Positions 17,524 to 25,673 of a stretch of 64,000 nucleotides of DNA are shown here, one piece after another (the first letter of the stretch is position 1; every line of letters starts with the position of its first letter). Source of the DNA: a virus; IMG/VR virus record IMGVR_UViG_3300031519_006853, positions 96,001-160,000 of that record. One strand, 5' to 3'. The position numbers and the translations under genes were made by a program. The notes beneath the pieces are model-generated. The model made no database searches, was not told the origin of the DNA, and worked only from the letters and a program-made list of their open reading frames with translations.

Positions 17524-17748
17524 ATGGCTGATATTAAAGTTTTAGAAAGTAAAGAAGTTTGGTCGGCAATTACCACAGAGTATGAATTGGATATAGATGG
17601 TGAAATTACATCTATAAGAATTGCTGAAAATCCAAAGAATACAGAATTCTTTGAATGGAATGAAATTTCAGGTTGGGAAGAAGCTGATATTGATGATGGT
17701 TTAATGAAGCATGTTTATGAAGCATGGTCAAACGGAGAATTAGAATAA
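17524..17748 (+). CDS. Hypothetical acidic protein
   Basis: ORF track. Confidence 0.6.
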   Translation: MADIKVLESKEVWSAITTEYELDIDGEITSIRIAENPKNTEFFEWNEISGWEEADIDDGLMKHVYEAWSNGELE

Positions 17749-17749
17749 T

Positions 17750-17917
17750 ATGAATCATTTTGCAAATAACGGTAAAGAATACCTAAAAAGAATGAAAGAA
17801 AATAATAAGTATAGGCAAGGAAGATCTAAAGAACAAATGAAAGCTTCTTACATTGGAGCATTTATTTCAATAATAGGATTAGTAGTAATAGCAATCTGTC
17901 TTTTGATATTTAGATAA
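17750..17917 (+). CDS. Small membrane-anchored protein
   Basis: 55-aa ORF with a C-terminal hydrophobic helix. Confidence 0.5.
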   Translation: MNHFANNGKEYLKRMKENNKYRQGRSKEQMKASYIGAFISIIGLVVIAICLLIFR

Positions 17918-17923
17918 AGATCT

Positions 17924-18000
17924 GGACCAGTAGCTCAGCTGGATAGAGCATCGCCCTTCTAAGGCGACGGTCAAAGGTTCGAATCCTTTCTGGTTCACCA
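17924..18000 (+). tRNA. tRNA-Arg(UCU)
   Basis: Cloverleaf with anticodon arm TCGCC-CTTCTAA-GGCGA, GTTCGAATC and encoded CCA. Confidence 0.96.
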
Positions 18001-18005
18001 CGACT

Positions 18006-18082
18006 CGGGATGTATCTCCTCAAGCTTATACCTTGTAGAAAGAGTAATTGGTTACATATAGGTTCAAGTCCTGTCTTCCCGA
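18006..18082 (+). ncRNA. Atypical tRNA-like RNA with a UAU (Ile) anticodon loop
   Basis: Acceptor CGGGATG/CTTCCCG (one mismatch), CAAG-CTTATAC-CTTG arm, T arm ATAGG-TTCAAGT-CCTGT; no D arm at the normal position. Confidence 0.6.
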
Positions 18083-18091
18083 CCTTAACCT

Positions 18092-18099
18092 TATAAATA
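18092..18099 (+). promoter_or_regulatory. T4-late-type promoter TATAAATA upstream of rpsU
   Basis: Exact TATAAATA about 20 nt before ATG 18120. Confidence 0.45.
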
Positions 18100-18119
18100 T
18101 AAAAATAAAAAACTTAAAT

Positions 18120-18311
18120 ATGCTAATAATCAAAAAAGGAGAAAAGGAATCAATCGACAAAGTATTAAAAAAATACAAAAGAAAGGTTAGAGAAACAAGA
18201 CTCCTACAAGATATTAGAGAAAGAAAAGAATTTGCAAAACCTTCCACAAAGAAAAGAAAGCAAAAATTAAAAGCAATATACCAGCAAAAATTAAGAAATG
18301 AAAGCAAATGA
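18120..18311 (+). CDS. rpsU: Phage-encoded ribosomal protein bS21
   Basis: MLIIKKGEKESIDKVLKKYKRK...LRERKEF-like...KPS..R...KAIYQQ; start reassigned from 18048. Confidence 0.88.
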   Translation: MLIIKKGEKESIDKVLKKYKRKVRETRLLQDIRERKEFAKPSTKKRKQKLKAIYQQKLRNESK

Positions 18312-18645
18312 TTTATGTTTAGATTGTGGCTTATGTTGTAATGGTACATTATGGCTAGGTGTATATGTTGAAGAATCAAAACATCATTTATTTAAAAATA
18401 TTGTAAAGAAAAAAATTAACTTTGGTCTTGCTAAGCAAGGTGGAGACGGTTGTGAACAATTAGATAATTGCAATTTATGTAAGATTTATGAAAACCGACC
18501 ATCTAACTGTAGAGAATATGAATGCGGTGTCTTAAATGAAGTCAAAAGAAATGATATATCCTTTGCATATGCAGAATTACTAATTAAAGATCTTAAGAAA
18601 AACCCACATGATGAAGAATTAATCAATCGGTTTAAAAATTGTTAA
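18298..18645 (+). CDS. YkgJ-family (CxxCxxCC) cysteine-cluster protein
   Basis: CLDCGLCC...CEQL...CKIYENRPSNCREYEC. Confidence 0.85.
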   Translation: MKANDLCLDCGLCCNGTLWLGVYVEESKHHLFKNIVKKKINFGLAKQGGDGCEQLDNCNLCKIYENRPSNCREYECGVLNEVKRNDISFAYAELLIKDLKKNPHDEELINRFKNC

Positions 18646-18735
18646 TAACTTTTTGAAAATAACGTGAATTTATAGTTCAGAATCCCATTTAATTGATTAT
18701 ATTTATATTATAATAATTAAAACAAAAACGGAACT
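18639..18735 (+). promoter_or_regulatory. Promoter cassette copy 6 (subtype B)
   Basis: Same blocks; middle block TATAGTTCAGAATC. Confidence 0.8.
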
Positions 18736-19143
18736 ATGGCAACATTAAGAATTACAACTCAGTACTACGAAAATTACTCGGACTCTCAAACTCCACACTG
18801 GAAACCAAAAGGTGGACAAACATTTATCATCAAAGATATTGAAGGTGATATGATTATGTACTGTGATAATCTAACAGAGGTTTGTAAAAACCTTGTATCT
18901 GCAAAATCAAATGAGCATTTCAAATATGATTATAGAGATCATGAAGTTGACTTTATAGGCGATGAGGAAATCTCTGTAACCGAACTTACTAAAGAAATAA
19001 GAGATCAATTTAACGGTGATGGTAAATATGCACCGAAGGACATTCCTGGATTTGAAGGTACCTTAGATAAATTAAATGATATCACTATAATGTGTTCGGC
19101 TGACTTAGATAATGAAATGGCTAACGAATCAGAAAACATATAA
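18736..19143 (+). CDS. Hypothetical early protein
   Basis: ORF downstream of a cassette. Confidence 0.7.
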   Translation: MATLRITTQYYENYSDSQTPHWKPKGGQTFIIKDIEGDMIMYCDNLTEVCKNLVSAKSNEHFKYDYRDHEVDFIGDEEISVTELTKEIRDQFNGDGKYAPKDIPGFEGTLDKLNDITIMCSADLDNEMANESENI

Positions 19144-19145
19144 TT

Positions 19146-19466
19146 ATGAGTTTAGATATAACACTACAAACACCAGAAGGAATTACTGGAGATCACAACA
19201 TTACCCATAACTTAAAGAGAATGGCAATAGCCGCAGGATTCGGCCAAGAACTCTGGAGACAAGAAGAAACTGATATTCATTTTGCATCGGATCTAATTGA
19301 AATACTCGCAGTAGGTGTTGCAAGACTAAAAGGTAGACCACTTCACTACGATCAATTTAATGCAGACAATGGTTGGGGTATGAGAGAAGATTTAATTAGG
19401 TTTACTGAAGAGTTATTACAAGATTGCATATACTCACCAGACGCAGAAATACTAACTCACAGATAA
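19146..19466 (+). CDS. Hypothetical phage protein
   Basis: NITHNL...NGWG pattern recalled from phage hypothetical proteins. Confidence 0.6.
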   Translation: MSLDITLQTPEGITGDHNITHNLKRMAIAAGFGQELWRQEETDIHFASDLIEILAVGVARLKGRPLHYDQFNADNGWGMREDLIRFTEELLQDCIYSPDAEILTHR

Positions 19467-19470
19467 AACT

Positions 19471-19683
19471 ATGATAAGAAAAAAAGAAAAACAGATGGGT
19501 CCAATGATTATAGATTTAACAGGACCAGATGGAAATGCATTTGCTCTCTTAAGTTTAGCAAACAGGCTATCCAAAAAATTTGGAGTTGAAAATCCAATAG
19601 TTGAAATGCAAAAAGGCGACTATGAGCATTTAGTAAAAGTGTTTGATAATGCATTTGGGAATTTTGTAATTTTAGAACGATAA
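19471..19683 (+). CDS. Hypothetical phage protein
   Basis: IDLTGPDGNAFAL motif. Confidence 0.6.
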   Translation: MIRKKEKQMGPMIIDLTGPDGNAFALLSLANRLSKKFGVENPIVEMQKGDYEHLVKVFDNAFGNFVILER

Positions 19684-19686
19684 CTT

Positions 19687-19800
19687 ATGAAAGCAATAAA
19701 AAACTATTTAAAGAAAATTGATTCGGTAGACATTGTAATGATTTTAGCAATCTGCTTATATACAACTATTATTGTAATGCAATTAATTAAATGGAATTAA
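19687..19800 (+). CDS. Small membrane peptide
   Basis: 37-aa hydrophobic ORF that fills the gap. Confidence 0.4.
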   Translation: MKAIKNYLKKIDSVDIVMILAICLYTTIIVMQLIKWN

Positions 19801-20372
19801 AAGAAGACATAACTATAGATGTTTTGGAAGAAAAGTTATGGGATCATTATTCCGAACTTCCAAACCCTTTATGGTATGCACAACAAGATAAATTAAAAGA
19901 TATGAAAAAAGACGTAGTAATATTTGACCTTGATGGTACACTTGCTCTTATTGACGATAGGAGAAAACTTGCCACCAATATAAATGGTAAAATGGATTGG
20001 GATACATTTTTTGATCCTGATAATATTAAATTAGATTTGCCTAACGATTCAGTTATTGAAATGGCAAGAACATTAGATGCTCAAGGTTTTAGTATAGTTA
20101 TTTTATCAGGCCGTAGTAAAGCAACCAAAGATGCAACAGCTGCATGGTTGGATAAACACAGTGTTCCATTTAATATAATGAAGATGAGACCGACTGGCCA
20201 TCCCTGGGCTTTTATGCCAGATGATAAGTTAAAGAAAAGTTGGTTAGATGATATATTTCCTGGTGAGAAAAAAGACCGCATCCTTTGTGTATTTGATGAT
20301 AGAACAAAAGTAGTAAATATGTGGAGAGATAATGGCTTAAGCTGTTTCCAAGTAGCACCAGGAGACTTTTAA
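19791..20372 (+). CDS. HAD phosphatase resembling the T4 PseT (PNK) 3'-phosphatase domain
   Basis: IFDLDGTL, LSGR, FDDRTKVVNMWR..GL.CFQVA.GDF; alternative start at 19902. Confidence 0.85.
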   Translation: MELKEDITIDVLEEKLWDHYSELPNPLWYAQQDKLKDMKKDVVIFDLDGTLALIDDRRKLATNINGKMDWDTFFDPDNIKLDLPNDSVIEMARTLDAQGFSIVILSGRSKATKDATAAWLDKHSVPFNIMKMRPTGHPWAFMPDDKLKKSWLDDIFPGEKKDRILCVFDDRTKVVNMWRDNGLSCFQVAPGDF

Positions 20373-20386
20373 ACTAAAATAATAAG

Positions 20387-21163
20387 ATGAACACAATAAT
20401 AGAAAATGAAAAAGTATTTGATTACTTGTTTGTCGTTGGAGATACACATGGCAACAACAAACAATTAGCAAGTCATTTGTTACCTAACTTACCAAAGGAA
20501 AGTAAGAAAGCTATACTTCATGTTGGTGATTTTGGAATGGGTTTTTCTAGCCATCTTGGGGAGTTAGATACTATGCAACACCTTGATAGGAGGTTAAAAA
20601 AGCAAAATGTATGGTTATATGTAATTAGAGGTAACCATGATAACCCCTATTATTTTGAAACTAGTAATACTAAACATGAAGAAATGGAATCTTTTTCCAA
20701 TATTATGTTAATACCAGATCACAGTATGCTTCACTTACAAACTATTGATAATAACAATGTTTGTATATATTGTTTGGGTGGTGCAGTATCAGTTGATAGA
20801 ACAAACAGAGTTCCTAGTAAGTCATACTGGTGGAATGAAATGGTTCCAGATTTACCTCAACAAGAATTAGATAAGATACCTAAAGGAATTGACATTGTAT
20901 TAACACACACTAGACCTCAAGGTATATTTCCAATAGATAAGAATGGTATTGAACACTGGTTACTTAGAGACATGGGGTTGGATCATGATTTGGGTGTTGA
21001 GTTAGGTAGAATTACTAAAGTATTTGATGCTATCAACAAAAAGAATACATGCTACACGCATTACTATGGTCATTTCCACATGAGTAATGTAGAACACTTT
21101 GGAGACATTAAACACCAACTCCTTAATATAGATGAATTAATAGAAGTTAGACTAAAACAATAG
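20387..21163 (+). CDS. Calcineurin-like metallophosphoesterase
   Basis: GDTHG, GDFG, RGNHD, LTHT, GHFH. Confidence 0.9.
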   Translation: MNTIIENEKVFDYLFVVGDTHGNNKQLASHLLPNLPKESKKAILHVGDFGMGFSSHLGELDTMQHLDRRLKKQNVWLYVIRGNHDNPYYFETSNTKHEEMESFSNIMLIPDHSMLHLQTIDNNNVCIYCLGGAVSVDRTNRVPSKSYWWNEMVPDLPQQELDKIPKGIDIVLTHTRPQGIFPIDKNGIEHWLLRDMGLDHDLGVELGRITKVFDAINKKNTCYTHYYGHFHMSNVEHFGDIKHQLLNIDELIEVRLKQ

Positions 21164-21236
21164 AAGTGTAACTTATATGAAACAAAACAAGACAAAATGT
21201 AACTTATATGAAACATTAAAAAACTAAAACAATAGA
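21151..21236. repeat. Nested short direct repeats
   Basis: ACTAAAACAATAGA at 21151 and 21223 flank two copies of TGTAACTTATATGAAACA (21167, 21198). Confidence 0.8.
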
Positions 21237-21237
21237 T

Positions 21238-21462
21238 ATGAAAGCAACACTAACATTCGATCTAGACGATCCACAAGATGTAGAATCGCACTTACAATGT
21301 GTTAAAGCAGCTAAAATGGCTGGATTCATTTGGGAGCTTAAGCATAACTTCTGGAGGAAGTGGAAACACAATGAAGAAGACTTCACTTTAGATAACTACA
21401 AAGAAGCATTAGCAGAATTAATGGATGAACATAATATCAATGTATACGAATTGAACCAATAA
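21238..21462 (+). CDS. Hypothetical phage protein
   Basis: MKATLTFDLDDPQD pattern. Confidence 0.6.
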   Translation: MKATLTFDLDDPQDVESHLQCVKAAKMAGFIWELKHNFWRKWKHNEEDFTLDNYKEALAELMDEHNINVYELNQ

Positions 21463-21473
21463 ACAATAATAAG

Positions 21474-21812
21474 ATGAAAATATTACAAAAGATAGCATGG
21501 TTAACCAGAAGGTGGAATTTATCAATAAGACTATTTGACTTACAATTACATGATGGACATAACTCTTGGGGTTTTCATCTGTTAGCAATTAGACATAATC
21601 ATTCAGTATATTCATTATTAGCATTTGAATGCAGATTACCTAACGGTGGAGACATAAAGGTATTTGCAGTAGATCATGTAGATATATTATTCTTAAGACA
21701 AGTTCTTAACGACTGGGCTTGTGATTTAGAAGAAGATAATATGTGGGCTGGTAGAACTCCTACAAGGTTAGAGAAAATAGGAATAGCTTTAGTTGGTACA
21801 ATCTTTAAATAA
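21474..21812 (+). CDS. Hypothetical protein
   Basis: ORF track. Confidence 0.6.
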   Translation: MKILQKIAWLTRRWNLSIRLFDLQLHDGHNSWGFHLLAIRHNHSVYSLLAFECRLPNGGDIKVFAVDHVDILFLRQVLNDWACDLEEDNMWAGRTPTRLEKIGIALVGTIFK

Positions 21813-21813
21813 A

Positions 21814-21907
21814 TTGTTAATAACTTTTAAAAATAATTAGAGAAGTATGGCTACAATCGCGAAAAATTGATTATATTTATACTATATTAATAATTAAAAA
21901 ATAAAAC
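21814..21907 (+). promoter_or_regulatory. Promoter cassette copy 7 (subtype A)
   Basis: Same blocks; middle block TATGGCTACAATCGC. Confidence 0.8.
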
Positions 21908-22213
21908 ATGAGCAAGTACCAAGAACTATTACAAAACCCACCAACATTCACTGAACTTTATGATAGTGAAAATTTAAGAGAAGTTATTTTTGAACTAATT
22001 AGCTGTATGTGTGATAACAAATATACATTCAAATTAAAAAAGAATTCCGAAGGTGATTTTAAATTACATACATGCGGGTTTGCATTTAGCAATTTTTCAA
22101 TCAAAAACCCTATGCATGATATTGAATGGGAAGCTGATGATAACAATTGGGGAACTGTTGTAAATATGATCAATACCGGTACATCAAAAATTAATACTGT
22201 TAAGTGTAGATAA
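21908..22213 (+). CDS. Hypothetical early protein
   Basis: ORF downstream of a cassette. Confidence 0.65.
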   Translation: MSKYQELLQNPPTFTELYDSENLREVIFELISCMCDNKYTFKLKKNSEGDFKLHTCGFAFSNFSIKNPMHDIEWEADDNNWGTVVNMINTGTSKINTVKCR

Positions 22214-22755
22214 TGAATTGTACTAAATGTAAAGAAGATATTGATTCTAGGCGACTAAAAGCTTTACCACAAACTAAGGTTTGTGTAAACTGCTCAACAG
22301 AAGAGTATGTTAGTTGTGTTGATGTTATCTATCATAAAACAGGAAATACAATACAGATCATGGATAAGGAATCTGCTGATAAGATAAACAAACTTTCTAG
22401 GAGAAGCGGTTTTGGAATTATGGCAGGAATGAAAGGTAGTAGCGGTGGAGGAACCTCATCTAAAGTATTAGGGAATGTTACAGTATTTAGAATACCTACC
22501 GAAGAAGATTATCAACAGACACTAAAAAGAGTAGGTGAAATGATTGATTTTACAAGTCGTGAAAAATGTATTGCATACGTAGAGCGTCAATATGAAAGTA
22601 AGTTAATCAATTCTAAGCATTCTTTTAATCTTAAAACAATAATAGATACATTATTACCCTTGCCTAAAAAGGAAGAAGTTATTATAGATGAAACTTTAGA
22701 TGAAGAAATACTTCATACATTTAGAAACTGGAAAAACTCAAAAATATACAGATGA
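22213..22755 (+). CDS. DksA/TraR-type C4 zinc-finger protein with C-terminal extension
   Basis: CTKCKEDIDSRRLKALPQTKVCVNC. Confidence 0.75.
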   Translation: MNCTKCKEDIDSRRLKALPQTKVCVNCSTEEYVSCVDVIYHKTGNTIQIMDKESADKINKLSRRSGFGIMAGMKGSSGGGTSSKVLGNVTVFRIPTEEDYQQTLKRVGEMIDFTSREKCIAYVERQYESKLINSKHSFNLKTIIDTLLPLPKKEEVIIDETLDEEILHTFRNWKNSKIYR

Positions 22756-23258
22756 TAAAAAATATAATAATGGTACTACCTTTTGCTCTTACCCTAACAG
22801 GATCTGAGAGTAACTATAAAGAGGATATAGAAGTTATGGACAATCTTATTATTGATATTATAGAACCAGAAGTTAACCTCATTAATGGAAAGATTGATAA
22901 CCGAGGAGAACTTATAACGGCTATGGCTTTTGTTGAAAGTGGTGGTAATCCTGCAACAATTGGAGATATTAATTTAGGAACACCTTCGGTAGGACTTTTA
23001 CAAATTAGACCTATTATGGTTAGAGAAGTAAATAGAATATTGAGAAAACAAGGATTAGATAAAAGATTTAAAAATAGTGATAGAAAATCAGCTGATAAGT
23101 CAATTGAGATGTTTAATATCTGGGCTGATGCTTATCACTTAAATAGTTCATATGAAAAGATGGCAAGAAATTGGAATGGCGGACCTAGGGGCTATAAGAA
23201 AACTGCAACTGCTCATTATTGGACTAAAGTAACAAACTATGTAACATTAAATTTATAG
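22752..23258 (+). CDS. Lytic transglycosylase (SLT-like)
   Basis: MAFVESGG (catalytic Glu), GLLQI, ARNWNGGP; hydrophobic N-terminus. Confidence 0.8.
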   Translation: MIKNIIMVLPFALTLTGSESNYKEDIEVMDNLIIDIIEPEVNLINGKIDNRGELITAMAFVESGGNPATIGDINLGTPSVGLLQIRPIMVREVNRILRKQGLDKRFKNSDRKSADKSIEMFNIWADAYHLNSSYEKMARNWNGGPRGYKKTATAHYWTKVTNYVTLNL

Positions 23259-23402
23259 ATGCCTAAGGATTTTATAAAATGTAGTAGATGTAAAGAAACC
23301 TTTGATAGTGGTTTTGGCTATAGGATGCATTTTGATAAGCACATAGATGAATGGTACGAATCTAAAGATAAGAAAAAATATATTAAAAAAACAACACAAT
23401 GA
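23259..23402 (+). CDS. 47-aa protein with a classical C2H2 zinc finger
   Basis: C-SR-C-KET-F-DSGFG-Y-RM-H-FDK-H. Confidence 0.6.
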   Translation: MPKDFIKCSRCKETFDSGFGYRMHFDKHIDEWYESKDKKKYIKKTTQ

Positions 23403-23845
23403 TAAAGGTAAAGGTAGTATACATGAATGGGAAAGAAACTGAATATAATGTTGAGTACCCAAAAGCATATATAGCAAAAATTATGGAAAGTGAAAATGAT
23501 CTAATGCTAGACCAAAAATCTGTAAAAGAAATTTATAAAGAAGATAAACTGATTGCTAAATTTACAAATGGATTTCTAAATGAATTGGTATTAGAAAAAC
23601 CCGAGCCTAAAAAGACTGCAGGTATGGGTAAGTACAAAGGTCATACGGTTCCAGCAGGTTGTGATGTTGGTCAACATCTAATCCCAGAAGTACAAGAGAT
23701 AGAAGATAAGATTAAAGCTGAAGAAGATTGGAATGAATACCAAGCAGAAATCTTACATGCTCAAAAAATACTAAAGGAAAACTTATGGGTAACAGATCAT
23801 ACTGGTGGTAATGTAGATTTGAATTACATTCCTAAGTCTTTATGA
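23399..23845 (+). CDS. Hypothetical protein
   Basis: ORF track. Confidence 0.6.
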   Translation: MIKVKVVYMNGKETEYNVEYPKAYIAKIMESENDLMLDQKSVKEIYKEDKLIAKFTNGFLNELVLEKPEPKKTAGMGKYKGHTVPAGCDVGQHLIPEVQEIEDKIKAEEDWNEYQAEILHAQKILKENLWVTDHTGGNVDLNYIPKSL

Positions 23846-24258
23846 AGAACTTTCATAAAAGGTTTAAAGTTATGTTGACCATATTCATCTCTTAAAATTT
23901 GACCTACAGCTAATGCAAAATCAGCATAAGACATTGAGTCATCTATTTTAATCATTGCTTTATCCATTGCTTTTGCTAAAGCTTCAGACTTTTTAGATTC
24001 AAATATATCAAAAGGAGGTACATGATTTTCATTTTGAGTTTTATCATCCTCATGTTCTTCTTCCCAGTGTGGACTTTTAATATCTTTATCTCTAGTAGGA
24101 TGAACATCAAATCCTTGTCTTACTGGACTATCATACGCGTTAGTATCTTTACCATCTGCTAAGTCGTCAAACATTTGTTTAAACTGGCCAACTGTACCTT
24201 TATAATGTCTAATTGTATCTTGGTCTTTTCTTGACTGATCTTCTTCCTTTGGGTCCAT
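23824..24258 (-). CDS. Putative internal virion protein
   Basis: Last gene of the minus-strand operon; internal PPFDIFES motif. Confidence 0.6.
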   Translation of the reverse strand: MDPKEEDQSRKDQDTIRHYKGTVGQFKQMFDDLADGKDTNAYDSPVRQGFDVHPTRDKDIKSPHWEEEHEDDKTQNENHVPPFDIFESKKSEALAKAMDKAMIKIDDSMSYADFALAVGQILRDEYGQHNFKPFMKVLHKDLGM

Positions 24259-25157
24259 TACTTTTTATATTTTTGCTTAAGCTGATGTATTTGTGTTTGT
24301 ATCTTTAATCTTTGCAAATCCATTTTGTCAAGTGATACTCTTAATTGATAATATTGAACGGCGAAAGGATCTTCTCTATCTTGCGCAGCTCTAAATCTTT
24401 CAATGTTTTGCTGTTCTCTTCTTTTTAATCTTTCAGCTGTTTCATTTGGATTAAATTCATGTTTAGCAGCTTCGGTAACTCCATCATTACCATCCATCGT
24501 ATCGTGAACTGAATTTAGATTTTTAACTGAGTCTGAGATTTTAGAATACATCCAAGCATCTAATGTTTGACCTTGTGACATTCTATCTTTAATCATATCA
24601 GCATAATCAGCGATTCTTTCAAGATCGGTATTTGCCATTTTATTTAAACCGCCTATAGTATCTTCACCTTCAATAACTACTGATTCATTTTCCATTACAT
24701 AAACATAATCTTCACCATCTTCCTTTGCTTTCTTCTTAGCCCATTTCTGAGCATCTGGCCATGACATCCCGTTTGGAATTTGCCACTCATCAGATCCATC
24801 ACGATTATATGAGAACATCCATCCACCATATCCTTTAGGTTTCTTACCATGAGATCTTACGTATCTTTCGGTTTCAATCTTAGCGGCTTCGGTAACTGCT
24901 GATTCACTAAATAATCTCTTACCAGTGTTATCTTCTAAATGTAATAGTGCTTTAGGATACTTTTCTTGCATTACATTAAACGTTGCAGGAGCAACATCTG
25001 GTGTACTTACTGGTTCTTGGTGTATTACCTTACCATCCTGTACAACTACAATTACTGCAGGATAACTTCCCTGCTTTGCAGCCTTGTGTACTTTACGCCT
25101 AGATGCCTCATTTACACTAAAGGATTCAAATCCTGGTATTAAATCTATACTTGCCAT
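24258..25157 (-). CDS. Multi-module putative internal virion protein
   Basis: IPGFESFSVNEA N-terminus; repeated VTEAAK / IEG junctions. Confidence 0.65.
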   Translation of the reverse strand: MASIDLIPGFESFSVNEASRRKVHKAAKQGSYPAVIVVVQDGKVIHQEPVSTPDVAPATFNVMQEKYPKALLHLEDNTGKRLFSESAVTEAAKIETERYVRSHGKKPKGYGGWMFSYNRDGSDEWQIPNGMSWPDAQKWAKKKAKEDGEDYVYVMENESVVIEGEDTIGGLNKMANTDLERIADYADMIKDRMSQGQTLDAWMYSKISDSVKNLNSVHDTMDGNDGVTEAAKHEFNPNETAERLKRREQQNIERFRAAQDREDPFAVQYYQLRVSLDKMDLQRLKIQTQIHQLKQKYKK

Positions 25158-25158
25158 A

Positions 25159-25644
25159 TTAAAATGTTGAATTTATAATTAGTTCTTGGATCTCACTTAT
25201 TAATTGTTTCTTCTCTCTTGATCCTTTTGGATTTCTTCCGTTAATTGCACTTATGTAATTTTTGTCAATTAAATAATCTGAAATTACTGTTGCTAATACT
25301 TTTGCTCCAGATGGTTTATCTTTTCCAGCTACTTGAACCATTGCTTCATCCATAGAACCGTAGTTTTCATATGCTCTATCCATAGATTCATTTACATGCT
25401 TCTTAGCTTCTTTAAGATATGATTCAGCTGTATGATCATTATTATCATTAGTTTCATACATGTTTGCTTGTTCAGCAATATGATTTGAACATGATTCAAT
25501 AATTCCTGTAACAGGAGTCATACTATATCCAGTTTCTGGTGTTGCACCACCTAATCCAAAATTCTGGATTCCTGATTGCCCAAAACCCATAACTGCAATT
25601 TCTTCATTTACTTCGAATTTATCAAAATTTGGTATCTTACTCAT
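25159..25644 (-). CDS. Putative internal virion protein
   Basis: MSKIPNFDKFEVNEE N-terminus; late-type motif upstream. Confidence 0.65.
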   Translation of the reverse strand: MSKIPNFDKFEVNEEIAVMGFGQSGIQNFGLGGATPETGYSMTPVTGIIESCSNHIAEQANMYETNDNNDHTAESYLKEAKKHVNESMDRAYENYGSMDEAMVQVAGKDKPSGAKVLATVISDYLIDKNYISAINGRNPKGSREKKQLISEIQELIINSTF

Positions 25645-25662
25645 AATTAGTTTTATATTTGT

Positions 25663-25671
25663 TTATATATT
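25663..25671 (-). promoter_or_regulatory. Late-type promoter motif AATATATAA
   Basis: Reads TTATATATT on the + strand, 19 nt upstream of the minus-strand ATG at 25644. Confidence 0.55.
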
Positions 25672-25673
25672 TG

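Noticed and set aside
18026-18379. Minus-strand ORF over the tRNA-like RNA and rpsU, and the 18048 start for rpsU
   Set aside because: Antisense shadow; bS21 similarity begins at ATG 18120
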